The notes below the pieces were generated by a model. It saw nothing but the letters and a program-made list of their open reading frames with translations, was not told the DNA's origin and ran no database searches. DNA of 64,000 bases from assembly GCA_963845245.1 (NCBI GenBank), contig CAWJRJ010000018.1, positions 96,001 through 160,000 of the forward strand, in the 5' to 3' direction. Below are positions 26,178-35,803 of the stretch, piece after piece. Numbering within the stretch: the stretch's first letter is position 1; each line of letters starts with the position of its first letter. This DNA comes from Nitrospirota bacterium. GTDB taxonomy: Bacteria; Nitrospirota; JACRHJ01. Both the position numbers and the translations under genes were made by a program.

Positions 26178-27236
26178 ATGCAATTTTCCCGGACCTTTTA
26201 TTATTTAATAATTGTTGTAGTTGCTGTAGTTTTTGTTAGTGCAGTTGGCACAGCTACAGCAGGCGAATTTACACTACTGAACATGAATGCAAAAGAAGAA
26301 GTATATCGAGTTATTGTTAAATCAGATGTAGCACCATTTGAAGTACATAAGATTTTCAAAAAACATACAAAAAAGAAAGTAGTAGAAAAACTAAACATAT
26401 ATCGCGGTAACAAACTCCTGCAATCATTTACCCCTCCTGAAGATATTGAATTGATAAGCAAAAAAGCCGCGTTACTCGAACCTGAATTCGACATGGAAGA
26501 TGTAAACCACGATGGTTATGATGATTTAAAGTTGTTCACGGGTGGGAGTTGGTCATATTGGTTGTACAATCCGCAAAAGGACAGATTCGAGGAAAAGTCA
26601 GAACCACTGAAATTAATAGATACGACTGATCGTGAACGAATTTATAGCCTTGTTGTTAAACGCAATGTCAAGCCGCTCACTATTAAATTACTCGTTATAA
26701 AAAATCCTGAAGAAGTTAATGATAAAGTTAAAATAGAAATTTTTCGTGGGAGGCGGCTATTACAGACCCTATCTACAGAAATGATGTCGCCGCCGGATAA
26801 TGCAGAAATGTTATTTTCCGAAGATATGAATTTTGACGGCTACAATGACCTGGAACTTGTTTCTTCTTGGAGCGGAATGGGTAATGACTGCTATTCATTC
26901 TGGCTTTATAATCCGCTAAAAGAAACGTTTGAATACAATGAAAGTTTGAATAAACTATGCAACCCCGGCCCGGATGAAAAAGACAAGACATTAAAGACAG
27001 GGTGGAACGGCGGAGCACTGCGTTGCATTTATACCATGCAAGTTTATAAATGGAAGGGGAAAGAATTAGTCCTTATAGGCGACGCAGAAGAAAACATCTC
27101 GGATGAAAAGAAAGACCTCTTTCATAAAGTAATTAGAAGGCTTCGAAATGGCAAAATGGTGGTTGTAAGCGATAGAATTTTGACTTATGACGAAGCAATC
27201 GAGGAGAATCACAAGGGGACTCAACTGGACCACTGA
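26178..27236 (+). CDS. AT-rich secreted protein with two internal repeats carrying DxNxDGYxD motifs (XAC2610-related/FG-GAP-like)
   Basis: EDVNHDGYDDL...WLYNP and EDMNFDGYNDL...WLYNP; N-terminal hydrophobic signal; RBS GGAGGTG. Confidence 0.7.
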   Translation: MQFSRTFYYLIIVVVAVVFVSAVGTATAGEFTLLNMNAKEEVYRVIVKSDVAPFEVHKIFKKHTKKKVVEKLNIYRGNKLLQSFTPPEDIELISKKAALLEPEFDMEDVNHDGYDDLKLFTGGSWSYWLYNPQKDRFEEKSEPLKLIDTTDRERIYSLVVKRNVKPLTIKLLVIKNPEEVNDKVKIEIFRGRRLLQTLSTEMMSPPDNAEMLFSEDMNFDGYNDLELVSSWSGMGNDCYSFWLYNPLKETFEYNESLNKLCNPGPDEKDKTLKTGWNGGALRCIYTMQVYKWKGKELVLIGDAEENISDEKKDLFHKVIRRLRNGKMVVVSDRILTYDEAIEENHKGTQLDH

Positions 27237-27242
27237 TCAAAC

Positions 27243-27298
27243 CGTCGCCGGGAATTAATTCAAAAAAGCCCTTACAGAAATGTAAGGGCTTTTTTTGT
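27243..27298 (+). repeat. Direct repeat copy 2 (5S 3' end + terminator)
   Basis: Same sequence as copy 1 apart from homopolymer lengths. Confidence 0.95.
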
Positions 27299-27388
27299 TT
27301 ATATGGTAAGATTGTATAGTAATTACGTTGCTAGAATAATTGCCAGATTCCTGGCATTTGCGGTAAGAAGACTATAAAAGGGGAATAT

Positions 27389-27685
27389 ATGGATGCTGCG
27401 AGCCTGGAAGTGTTCTGCACTAATATCCAATGCGGTGATTCCGAGGTGCATGCGGACGCCCTGTCCCAGCACGAAACGCGCAAATACCGCAAGATGAGCT
27501 ATATGGGAAGCAAGGAGATAAAGACTGTAAACGTTATTGCGAATAAATTGTTTAACAAACCGGATCCTCCACAAGGGATGTACCATTTCTATAGCTGTCC
27601 TGTTTGTGGAGCCAAACGTGTCTATAGTGAGAATAAGGGACTGTTAGCCGAAGTGGATAAAGATACCGCAAAATTGCTGGCCTAA
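27389..27685 (+). CDS. Hypothetical protein, possible zinc ribbon
   Basis: RBS AAGGGG, CTNIQC and CPVC motifs. Confidence 0.5.
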   Translation: MDAASLEVFCTNIQCGDSEVHADALSQHETRKYRKMSYMGSKEIKTVNVIANKLFNKPDPPQGMYHFYSCPVCGAKRVYSENKGLLAEVDKDTAKLLA

Positions 27686-27693
27686 ACAGGATT

Positions 27694-28176
27694 ATGAAAA
27701 GAGTCCTCCTTATTATTCCGTTGTTCTTGTATACCGCGACATTCGCCTACGGTGCCTCCCTTGCCACGATCAAGGCCACAAGCCGCATGCTTCCCGAAGG
27801 CCGTGTGGAATACACCTATCGGTAGCAAACAAAAGCAAAAGCAACATCGCCATGGTCTGGGTCGGGTATGTATTCCGAAGCTGAGAAGCCGGAGCTGGAG
27901 GTTATGCCTGTCGGATGGGACTTCTTTAAAGGCCTGCCGAAGGGATCCTGTGCTTCACCGGATGGTTGGGACTGTTCGGTGATAACACAGGAAGAGAGCA
28001 ACCGCCACTTTATCGAGTGGAGCGTAAAGGAGAATGGTGTAGCCCCGTTCAAGCCCGGCAAGGTCCTGAAAGGCTTTACTGTAATCCTGCCAAAGGCCGA
28101 CGTTGCCTACCTCAAAGGCCATTTCACGGTATTCTTTGACGCCGACGAGCCTTTTTCTTCCTGTCTGTCTAACTGA
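27694..28176 (+). CDS. Hypothetical secreted protein (joined across indels near 27820-27868)
   Basis: MKRVLLIIPLFLYTATFAYG signal peptide from 27694, continuing into ORF 27868..28176 (SPDGW, IEW, PGKVLKGFTV). Confidence 0.55.
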
Positions 28177-28243
28177 TAATCATTATCATTTTTTTTTATT
28201 TGCGCTATACTTAAAATATAGAATACAACAAACGAGGCGGGAT

Positions 28244-28657
28244 ATGAAGCTTCTCGGTTGGTTGATTGTATCATTGATTATTGCCATTGCAGTCTCGGGG
28301 CCGGTTTTTGCGGATGATTATTCAAGCATGACTTGGAATAACAACGGCTGGGGCAACACAGACTTTGGCAAATCCAGTTGGGGTAATACCGGTTTTGGCA
28401 GCTCTGATTGGGGCAACACCAATTGGAAAAATACCGACTGGGGAGATCATGAGCAGTATTGGAAGGGTGAAAAGCCTATAGAGCAACTGATTAAGGTGAC
28501 TCTCGGAATAAAAAAACCGAACGGTTCCTGCTCCATAGCTGTAACCTGGGACAAATCGAGCGATGATGCAATAAGTGCTGTAGCCAAGAATTGCCAGGAC
28601 TGCATGATAACGAATCTGGTGAACAGTGTGGAGAACGCCGAAAACTTTTGCCAGTGA
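28244..28657 (+). CDS. Secreted protein with (W/F)Gxxx pentapeptide repeats and C-terminal 4-Cys domain
   Basis: Signal peptide ending VFA; WGNTD FGKSS WGNTG FGSSD WGNTN WKNTD; GSC...CQDC...FC. Confidence 0.75.
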   Translation: MKLLGWLIVSLIIAIAVSGPVFADDYSSMTWNNNGWGNTDFGKSSWGNTGFGSSDWGNTNWKNTDWGDHEQYWKGEKPIEQLIKVTLGIKKPNGSCSIAVTWDKSSDDAISAVAKNCQDCMITNLVNSVENAENFCQ

Positions 28658-28669
28658 TAGAGGTGTAAG

Positions 28670-28996
28670 ATGAAAACCTTTGTTATTTTCCTGGTGTCAG
28701 CGGTGATGGTCTTGACTACTATGGCGCCGATGGCGGTATCTGATGACACTCTGATGCCTCCTATGAATTCGTATGGCGAACGGACTGAGCCGCTTAACAG
28801 TTACTATATTGGTATACATCGCCCGGACGGAGGTTGCGCGACGGTCGAGGTTTTTGCAAAAAACCTTGACGAGGCTGTTAAGATTGTCAAAAAAGACCGT
28901 TGCGATTTCTGTGCGCTTGACGACTTGACAGCCTATTATACGTCCACATCTCCTGATGTGATAGCGCAGGCAAACAATACCTGTCCGATGCGGTGA
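28670..28996 (+). CDS. Small secreted 4-Cys domain protein
   Basis: RBS GAGGTG, signal peptide, GGC...CDFC..DDLT...C. Confidence 0.75.
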   Translation: MKTFVIFLVSAVMVLTTMAPMAVSDDTLMPPMNSYGERTEPLNSYYIGIHRPDGGCATVEVFAKNLDEAVKIVKKDRCDFCALDDLTAYYTSTSPDVIAQANNTCPMR

Positions 28997-29022
28997 GGTG
29001 GTTATCAGAAAGGAGGCCTGCC

Positions 29023-29355
29023 ATGAAGTTTTACGGATTACTGCTAAGCATGTTTGTTTTATTTGTCTTGGCCGTCTGCGCAAAAAACAGTTATGCCCTG
29101 GATGAAGGAGTGCTGACTATGACCTGCGGCGGGGAGTATGCCGTTTACGGGGCACAGAACTACTATTTTGGATATACCGACGAGAAAGGTAACTGCGGCG
29201 TCCAGTCATATTACGCAAACACTCCTGGCGAAGCATACAGCTGCGCAAAGAAGGTGTGCAAAGAATGCAGTCTTCGTGACCTGACCGGGTTATACCAGTT
29301 TTGGAGCGCAATGCCCGGATATAACCCAGGTGAGCAGTTCTGTCTCGGAAAATAG
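29023..29355 (+). CDS. Small secreted 4-Cys domain protein
   Basis: RBS AGGAGG, signal peptide, GNC...CKEC..RDLT...FC. Confidence 0.75.
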   Translation: MKFYGLLLSMFVLFVLAVCAKNSYALDEGVLTMTCGGEYAVYGAQNYYFGYTDEKGNCGVQSYYANTPGEAYSCAKKVCKECSLRDLTGLYQFWSAMPGYNPGEQFCLGK

Positions 29356-29364
29356 CACTACATG

Positions 29365-29393
29365 AAAAAACCCCGCTTCTTGCGGGGTTTTTT
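29365..29393 (+). terminator. Intrinsic terminator
   Basis: AAAAAACCCCGC-ttctt-GCGGGGTTTTTT. Confidence 0.8.
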
Positions 29394-29480
29394 ATGGATG
29401 TGTAGAAAATGCCGCTTCTTGTAGCACATTAATCAATGTAATTTCTTTACATACTTATGCCTCTATGTTAAATTTTAATC

Positions 29481-30560
29481 ATGAGACATACAGAACTCTT
29501 TGAGAAGCATAAATCACTTGGGGCCAAGCTGGTGGAGTTCCATGGCTGGGAGATGCCGCTTGAGTATTCAGGCGTAGTCTCGGAGCACAAGGCGGTCAGG
29601 CGTGCCGCCGGACTCTTCGATGTCAGCCATATGGGTACGATCGAGGTCGGAGGCCGTGACAGCCAGGCGTTCCTTGAGAAGGTACTCCCGTTCAGGCCGG
29701 ATACCCTTCCCGTGGACAGGGTGCGCTACGCCTTCCTGCTGAACCAGGCAGGCGGGATAAAGGACGACCTGATCGTCTTCCGCCTCAACGAGGAACGGTT
29801 TCTGCTGGTCGTGAATGCCTCAAACACCGAAAAGGACCTCGAATGGCTGCGGGCAAATGCGGCAGGTTTTGACGCGGTTGTTATAGATGACAGTCCGGAC
29901 ACCTCTATCCTGGCTCTTCAGGGTCCGGCCTCGTGGGACATAGTAAAGAAGGCGCTGGGCATAGACCCGGCTTCGATAAAATACCACGCATTCATAAATT
30001 CCGAGTTTGAAGGCACGGGCTATATACTGTCAAAGACGGGCTACACGGGCGAGAAGGGGTTTGAGATATACATACACAAACATACAGTCGGCAGGATGTG
30101 GGACGCCCTCATGGATGCCGGGAGTGAATATGGCTTGCTCCCCTGCGGGCTTGGGGCCAGGGACACCCTAAGGCTGGAGATGGGCTACCTCCTCTACGGC
30201 AACGACATAGACGAGGCCACCAACCCGTTTGAGGCCGGATATGCCGGGGTCCTGGACTTCGAGAACACCGAGTTCATAGGCCGCGAGCCACTTGCAAGGA
30301 TAAAGGACGACCTGCCCGAAAGGAGGCTAACCGGTTTAATGATGACGGGTAAGGGGATACCGCGCCACGGCTCGCTTATTAGGGCTTCGGGACTTGAGGC
30401 AGGGGTCGTGACCAGCGGCAATTACTCACCGTCGTTGAGGATAGGCATCGCGCTTGGCTACCTGAAGACCGGCACCGGCACCGAGGACCTCACCATAGAG
30501 GTGCACGGAAAGCGCTTCGGTGCGCGTGTGTCCGATTACCCCTTCTACAAGCGGAAATAA
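29481..30560 (+). CDS. gcvT: Glycine cleavage aminomethyltransferase T
   Basis: FHGWEMP, LFDVSHMG, TGYTGEKGFE, GLGARDTLRLEMG. Confidence 0.96.
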   Translation: MRHTELFEKHKSLGAKLVEFHGWEMPLEYSGVVSEHKAVRRAAGLFDVSHMGTIEVGGRDSQAFLEKVLPFRPDTLPVDRVRYAFLLNQAGGIKDDLIVFRLNEERFLLVVNASNTEKDLEWLRANAAGFDAVVIDDSPDTSILALQGPASWDIVKKALGIDPASIKYHAFINSEFEGTGYILSKTGYTGEKGFEIYIHKHTVGRMWDALMDAGSEYGLLPCGLGARDTLRLEMGYLLYGNDIDEATNPFEAGYAGVLDFENTEFIGREPLARIKDDLPERRLTGLMMTGKGIPRHGSLIRASGLEAGVVTSGNYSPSLRIGIALGYLKTGTGTEDLTIEVHGKRFGARVSDYPFYKRK

Positions 30561-30561
30561 G

Positions 30562-31898
30562 ATGAGATACATCCCGAACACCCGGCGGGACAAAGACGAG
30601 ATGCTCGAGGCGATCGGGGTCGACGCCTTCGAGAAGCTTGTCTCCAATATCCCGGAAGGTCTCCTCCTGAATTCCTCATTGAAAATCCCTGCCGCGCTCT
30701 CAGAACCGGAACTTAGCCGCGAGCTTCAGGCACTCTCAGACGACAATGCCGATACGTCCCGGTATGCATGCTTTCTGGGCGGCGGCGCATACGACCATTT
30801 CATACCCTCGGTTGTCGGGCATCTTGCCTCCCGTTCCGAATTTTATACCGCATATACGCCTTACCAGGCCGAGGTCAGCCAGGGCATCCTCCAGGCTGCG
30901 TTCGAGTACCAGAGCATGGTGTGCGAGCTGACCGGCATGGGTGCCGCAAACGCCTCCATGTATGACGGCGCATCCGCGATGGCCGAGGCCGCGCTGATGG
31001 CGCAGAGGCTGACAAAGCGCAGCGAGGTAGCGGTCTCGATGGCCGTCCACCCCAATTACAGGCAGGTACTGAGGACATACATGCGGGGCATAGGTTCCGC
31101 AGATAGTCGAGATACCGTACCTCCCTGCCGAGGGCGTAACGGACCTTGACGCCCTTGGCGAGGACATAACAGGCAATACCGCCGCTGTCATAATACAGTA
31201 CCCGAACTTCTTCGGTTGCGTTGAAGACCTTCAAGAGGCGGCCAGGCTTGCGCACGAGAAAGGGGCGCTGCTTGTTGCAGTAATAGACCCGATCTCCATG
31301 GGCATATTGAAATCTCCAGGCGAACTTGGCGCGGACATAGTCGTCGGCGAGGGACAGCCGCTTGGCAAGACACTCTCATACGGCGGCCCTTACCTCGGCA
31401 TCTTCGCATGCAAGGAAGAGCACCTGCGGCAGATGCCGGGCAGGGTGGTCGGCGAGACGAAGGACAAAAACGGAAAGCGCGGATACGTGCTCACGCTCCA
31501 GACGCAGGGAGCAGCACATAAAGAGGGAGCGCGCCACGTCGAACATCTGCACCAACGAGGCCCTTGTGGCGCTGATGGCAGCGGTATATCTGTCCGCGTT
31601 GGGCAGGCAGGGGCTTAAGGATGTGGCCGGGCTCTGCCTGCAGAAATCCCATTATGCTTATGACGAGCTTTTAAAAAGGCCTGGGGTGGCCGGGGCTTTT
31701 TCCGCTCCATTTTTCAAGGAGTTTGCGGTCAGGCTGAAAAAAGAGCCGTCACAGGTTAACCGGAAACTCTTAAAGAATAAAATAATAGGCGGGCTTGACC
31801 TTGGTGTATACTACCCGGAACTCAAAAACCATATGCTGATTGCGGTAACAGAAAAAAGGACCAAAGAGGAGATTGATACGTTTGCAGGATTACTATAG
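30562..31898 (+). CDS. gcvPA: Glycine dehydrogenase subunit 1 (several indels)
   Basis: [52 protein letters not shown]. Confidence 0.94.
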
Positions 31899-31904
31899 AG
31901 CGTT

Positions 31905-33527
31905 ATGACAAACCTTATGTATTTCTCCCTGTTCGGCGGCGTGATGCTCCTCGTCTACGGCATACGCCAGGCCGGAGAAGGCCTCCAGAAGGCCGCAGGT
32001 GCCTACCTCAAACAGGTCCTTAGCTTCCTTACCAAAAACCGCGTACTGGCCTTGCTCCTCGGGACGGTCATCACCGTGCTCACTCAGTCGTCGAGCGCGA
32101 CCACGGTAATGCTTGTCGGTTTCGTCAATTCCGGGATCATGCAGTTCTCCCAGACGCTCGGGGTGATCCTCGGTGCGGACATCGGGACGACCGTTACTGT
32201 CCAGATACTTGCCTTCAACGTACTAGACTACTCCATACTGCTTATAGGTCTTGGCCTGCTTGCGATGTATGCGGGCAAGAGAAGGATGTGGAAGGACCTG
32301 GGGCAGGCCATACTTGGCTTCGGCTTCATATTCCTTTCGATGAAGATAATGTCCGACTCCATGCTCCCGCTCAAGGACAGCGAGACGTTCAAGCTCCTCC
32401 TCGTCCTGCTCCGCGACAACCCCATCATGGGGATAGTCGTTGCCGCCATATTCACGGCTGTCGTGCATTCGAGCGCGGCCACGATCGGTGTGGCACTCTC
32501 GCTGGCGTCTCAGGGGCTTATAGACCTGCCTCAGGCCATACCAATAATATTCGGGGCTAACATCGGGACATGTGCAACCGCGCTTATAGTCGGTTTTTCA
32601 GGCTCCACAGAGGCCAAAAGGGTAGCATACGCGCACACGCTTTTCAAACTGCTTGGGGTGGCGATCTTCCTTCCCTTTGTCGGCCAGCTGGCCGGGCTGG
32701 TCGAAAGCACATCATCAAGCCCGGTGCGCCAGATTGCTAATGCCCACACCTTCTTCAACGCTGCCCTTGCGGTGATATTCCTCCCCTTTACCGGTATAGT
32801 CGCCCGTTTTCTCGAAAAGGCCGTGGTGGAGGAAAAGACGCCGGACACCATGGAGCCGAGGTATCTTGATGAGGGCGTGTTGTCCACCCCTTCGCTTGCC
32901 ATCTCGCAGGCGGCACGCGAGGTTTTGCGTATGGCGGATATCGTGCAGGAGATGCTGGTCGGCACGATAAAGGCCGTACAGGAGGATGACGAGAAGTTCG
33001 TCGAGGAAATTGAGAACATGGACGACCGGGTTGACAAGCTTGACCGCGGCATAAGGTTCTACCTGGCGAAACTTACCGGACTGAGCGAAGACCTCTCAAG
33101 TCGGGAGATCAACCTGATCTCCATCACCTCCGACCTGGAGAACATCGGCGATATAATAGACAAGAACATTATGGCGCTTGCCAAAAAGAGGATAAAAAAC
33201 AGACTGAACTTCTCCAAAGAAGGAATAATAGAAATAAGGGATTTCCATCACAAAATCATGGAGAATTTTGCGCTGGCCGTAGCAGCCTTTACATCGAACG
33301 ATCTAGACCTGGCGGAGCGGGTCATGAAGAACAAGGACCGCATACTTGAGCTTGAGAGGGAGTATCGGAACGCTCATCTGGAGAGGCTCAGGCAGGGTCT
33401 GCGGGAATCGTTTGAGACGAGCGCCATACACCTTGACCTGCTCTCAAACATCGAGCGCATCAATTCGCATATCACGCACATAGCATATACCCTTATAGAA
33501 AAGCCCGGTCCGGCCCTCAAGCCCTAG
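31905..33527 (+). CDS. Na+/Pi cotransporter family protein with PhoU domains
   Basis: QSSSATT, GADIGTT, HSSAA, GANIGT, IANAHT, DLENIGD. Confidence 0.92.
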   Translation: MTNLMYFSLFGGVMLLVYGIRQAGEGLQKAAGAYLKQVLSFLTKNRVLALLLGTVITVLTQSSSATTVMLVGFVNSGIMQFSQTLGVILGADIGTTVTVQILAFNVLDYSILLIGLGLLAMYAGKRRMWKDLGQAILGFGFIFLSMKIMSDSMLPLKDSETFKLLLVLLRDNPIMGIVVAAIFTAVVHSSAATIGVALSLASQGLIDLPQAIPIIFGANIGTCATALIVGFSGSTEAKRVAYAHTLFKLLGVAIFLPFVGQLAGLVESTSSSPVRQIANAHTFFNAALAVIFLPFTGIVARFLEKAVVEEKTPDTMEPRYLDEGVLSTPSLAISQAAREVLRMADIVQEMLVGTIKAVQEDDEKFVEEIENMDDRVDKLDRGIRFYLAKLTGLSEDLSSREINLISITSDLENIGDIIDKNIMALAKKRIKNRLNFSKEGIIEIRDFHHKIMENFALAVAAFTSNDLDLAERVMKNKDRILELEREYRNAHLERLRQGLRESFETSAIHLDLLSNIERINSHITHIAYTLIEKPGPALKP

Positions 33528-33661
33528 TTAATCGCTTATATTTTGGTTTGCCGGTCCGTCCGCCTAAATTCTTCTTTACATAACTTCCCGTTATTGTTAT
33601 AATTCACCCTCTTGGGGGTCTTTTTGATTTATTTTCAGCGACTTAAAGGAAGGTTCTTTTA

Positions 33662-34877
33662 ATGCGGAGCAAGTACAAGTTCGACACCATAGAAGATGCT
33701 ATACAGGATATCAAAGACGGCAAAATGATCATCCTGGTGGATGACGAGGACCGTGAGAACGAGGGCGACCTCACCATGGCGGCCGAGAAGGTTACCCCGG
33801 AGGCCATTAATTTCATGGCGAAATACGGCAGGGGCCTTATCTGCCTGTCTATGACACCCGAGAAGTGTGACGAGCTTCAGCTCCCGATGATGGCGACCAA
33901 GAACACCTCATCATTCGGCACGGGTTTTACCGTGTCCATAGAGGCCAAAAAGGGCGTCACTACCGGCATATCCGCCGCTGACAGGGCTACAACCATCCTT
34001 ACCGCGGTCAACCCGAAATGCATACCGGAAGACCTTGCGCGACCCGGGCACATATTCCCGCTCAGGGCCAAGAAGGGCGGCGTGCTGAAGAGGGCAGGGC
34101 AGACCGAAGGGTCCGTCGACCTTGCGCGTCTTGCCGGCCTCACCCCGGCGGGCGTGATCTGTGAGATAATGAACGAGGACGGCACGATGTCGAGGGTGCC
34201 CGAGCTTCTCGAATTCGCAAAAGAACACAAGATGAAGATGGTTACTATAAAGGCGCTCATCGAGCACCGGATGAGGCGCGAGTCTTTCGTCCGAAGGGCC
34301 GCCCAGACAGTCCTGCCCACGGAATACGGTGAGTTCACCGCTATCGCTTATGAAAACGACATGGACGAGTTCAACCACGTCGCACTGGTTAAGGGCGATA
34401 TAAGCCATGAAGACGATGTGCTTGGTGCGCGTACACTCCGAATGCCTGACTGGCGACGTACTGCATTCGCTCCGTTGCGACTGCGGCGACCAGCTCCACA
34501 AGGCGATGGAGATGATAGAGCAGGAAGGCAAGGGCGTTATCCTCTACATGAGGCAGGAAGGGCGCGGCATAGGACTTGTGAACAAGCTGAAGGCCTACGA
34601 GCTTCAGGACAAGGGGCTTGACACCGTCGAGGCCAACATCGAACTGGGATTCAAGGCTGACCTGCGCGACTACGGCGTAGGGGCGCAGATACTTGTTGAC
34701 CTTGGGGTAAAGAAGATGAGGCTGATGACAAACAACCCCAGGAAGATCGTCGGCCTGGAGGGCTACGGCCTGAAGGTAACCGGCCGAGTGCCGATCGAGA
34801 TCCCGGCAGGGGCAAAAAACCTCAAATACCTGACGACAAAGAAGCAGAAACTCGGACATATACTTGAGAATGTCTAA
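33662..34877 (+). CDS. ribBA: Bifunctional DHBP synthase/GTP cyclohydrolase II (indel ~34415)
   Basis: [41 protein letters not shown]. Confidence 0.96.
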
Positions 34878-34891
34878 AAAGGAGGCATCAA

Positions 34892-35359
34892 ATGCCTAAA
34901 CAGATCCAGGGCACACTGAACGTCAAGGGCCAGAAGTTCTGCATCCTTGTATCGCGTTTCAACGACTTTATCACCTCAAGGCTTCTGGACGGCGCGGTCG
35001 ACGGGCTTGTCAGAAACGGCGCGCGTGACGAGGACATTACCGTAATAAGGGTGCCGGGCGCATTCGAGATACCGGCAGTCGCGAAAAGGGCGGCACTGGG
35101 CAAGAAGTACGACGCGGTCATCTGTCTGGGCGCGGTGATACGTGGCTCGACGCCCCACTTCGATTATGTCAGCTCAGAGGTATCGAAGGGTGTGGCGGCA
35201 GTCAGCATGGAGGCGGACGTCCCGGTCATCTTCGGCGTCCTGACGACGGATTCGATAGAACAGGCCATTGAGCGCGCGGGCACAAAGTCCGGCAACAAAG
35301 GCTTCGATGCAGCCATGTCAGCAATCGAGATGGTAAACCTTTACAAATCGCTTAAATAA
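34892..35359 (+). CDS. ribH: 6,7-dimethyl-8-ribityllumazine synthase
   Basis: [34 protein letters not shown]. Confidence 0.97.
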   Translation: MPKQIQGTLNVKGQKFCILVSRFNDFITSRLLDGAVDGLVRNGARDEDITVIRVPGAFEIPAVAKRAALGKKYDAVICLGAVIRGSTPHFDYVSSEVSKGVAAVSMEADVPVIFGVLTTDSIEQAIERAGTKSGNKGFDAAMSAIEMVNLYKSLK

Positions 35360-35382
35360 TAGTTCGCAGAAAAGCAGGGTCA

Positions 35383-35797
35383 ATGGGAAGCCGTAGAAAG
35401 GCAAGGGAACTGGCGCTCCAGTTTCTGTATAAGGTGGACGTCTCCGGCGGGAAGGCGGATAATTTTGAGATAGTGACATTTCTGCACGATTTCGGCGGCA
35501 AGGACGAGGACACGGATTACGCGGTAATCCTTATAGAGAACTCGCTTGTCACATTTGCCGGAGATTGACGCCTCGATAACCGCCCACCTTGAGAACTGGA
35601 CCCTAGACAGGCTTTCCAGCATAGACAGGAACATACTCCGTTTCGCAACCTGCGAGCTGCTCTATTTTCTGGACATACCCCTTAACGTGACGATAAACGA
35701 GGCGATAGAGATAGCCAAGAAGTTCAGCCTTGAAGAGTCGGCGACGTTCATAAACGGTGTCCTGGACAAGATAGCTAAAAACGACAAGGAAGGTTAA
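35383..35797 (+). CDS. nusB: Transcription antitermination factor (indel ~35545)
   Basis: RRKARELALQFLY, DRNILR, INEAIEIAK, FINGVLD. Confidence 0.94.
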
Positions 35798-35803
35798 AGC
35801 GCA

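Noticed and set aside
28244..29355. CxxC motifs as c-type heme sites
   Set aside because: No His follows the second Cys.
29394..33661. Glycine riboswitch before gcvT or FMN riboswitch before ribBA
   Set aside because: The leaders are short and lack the consensus motifs.
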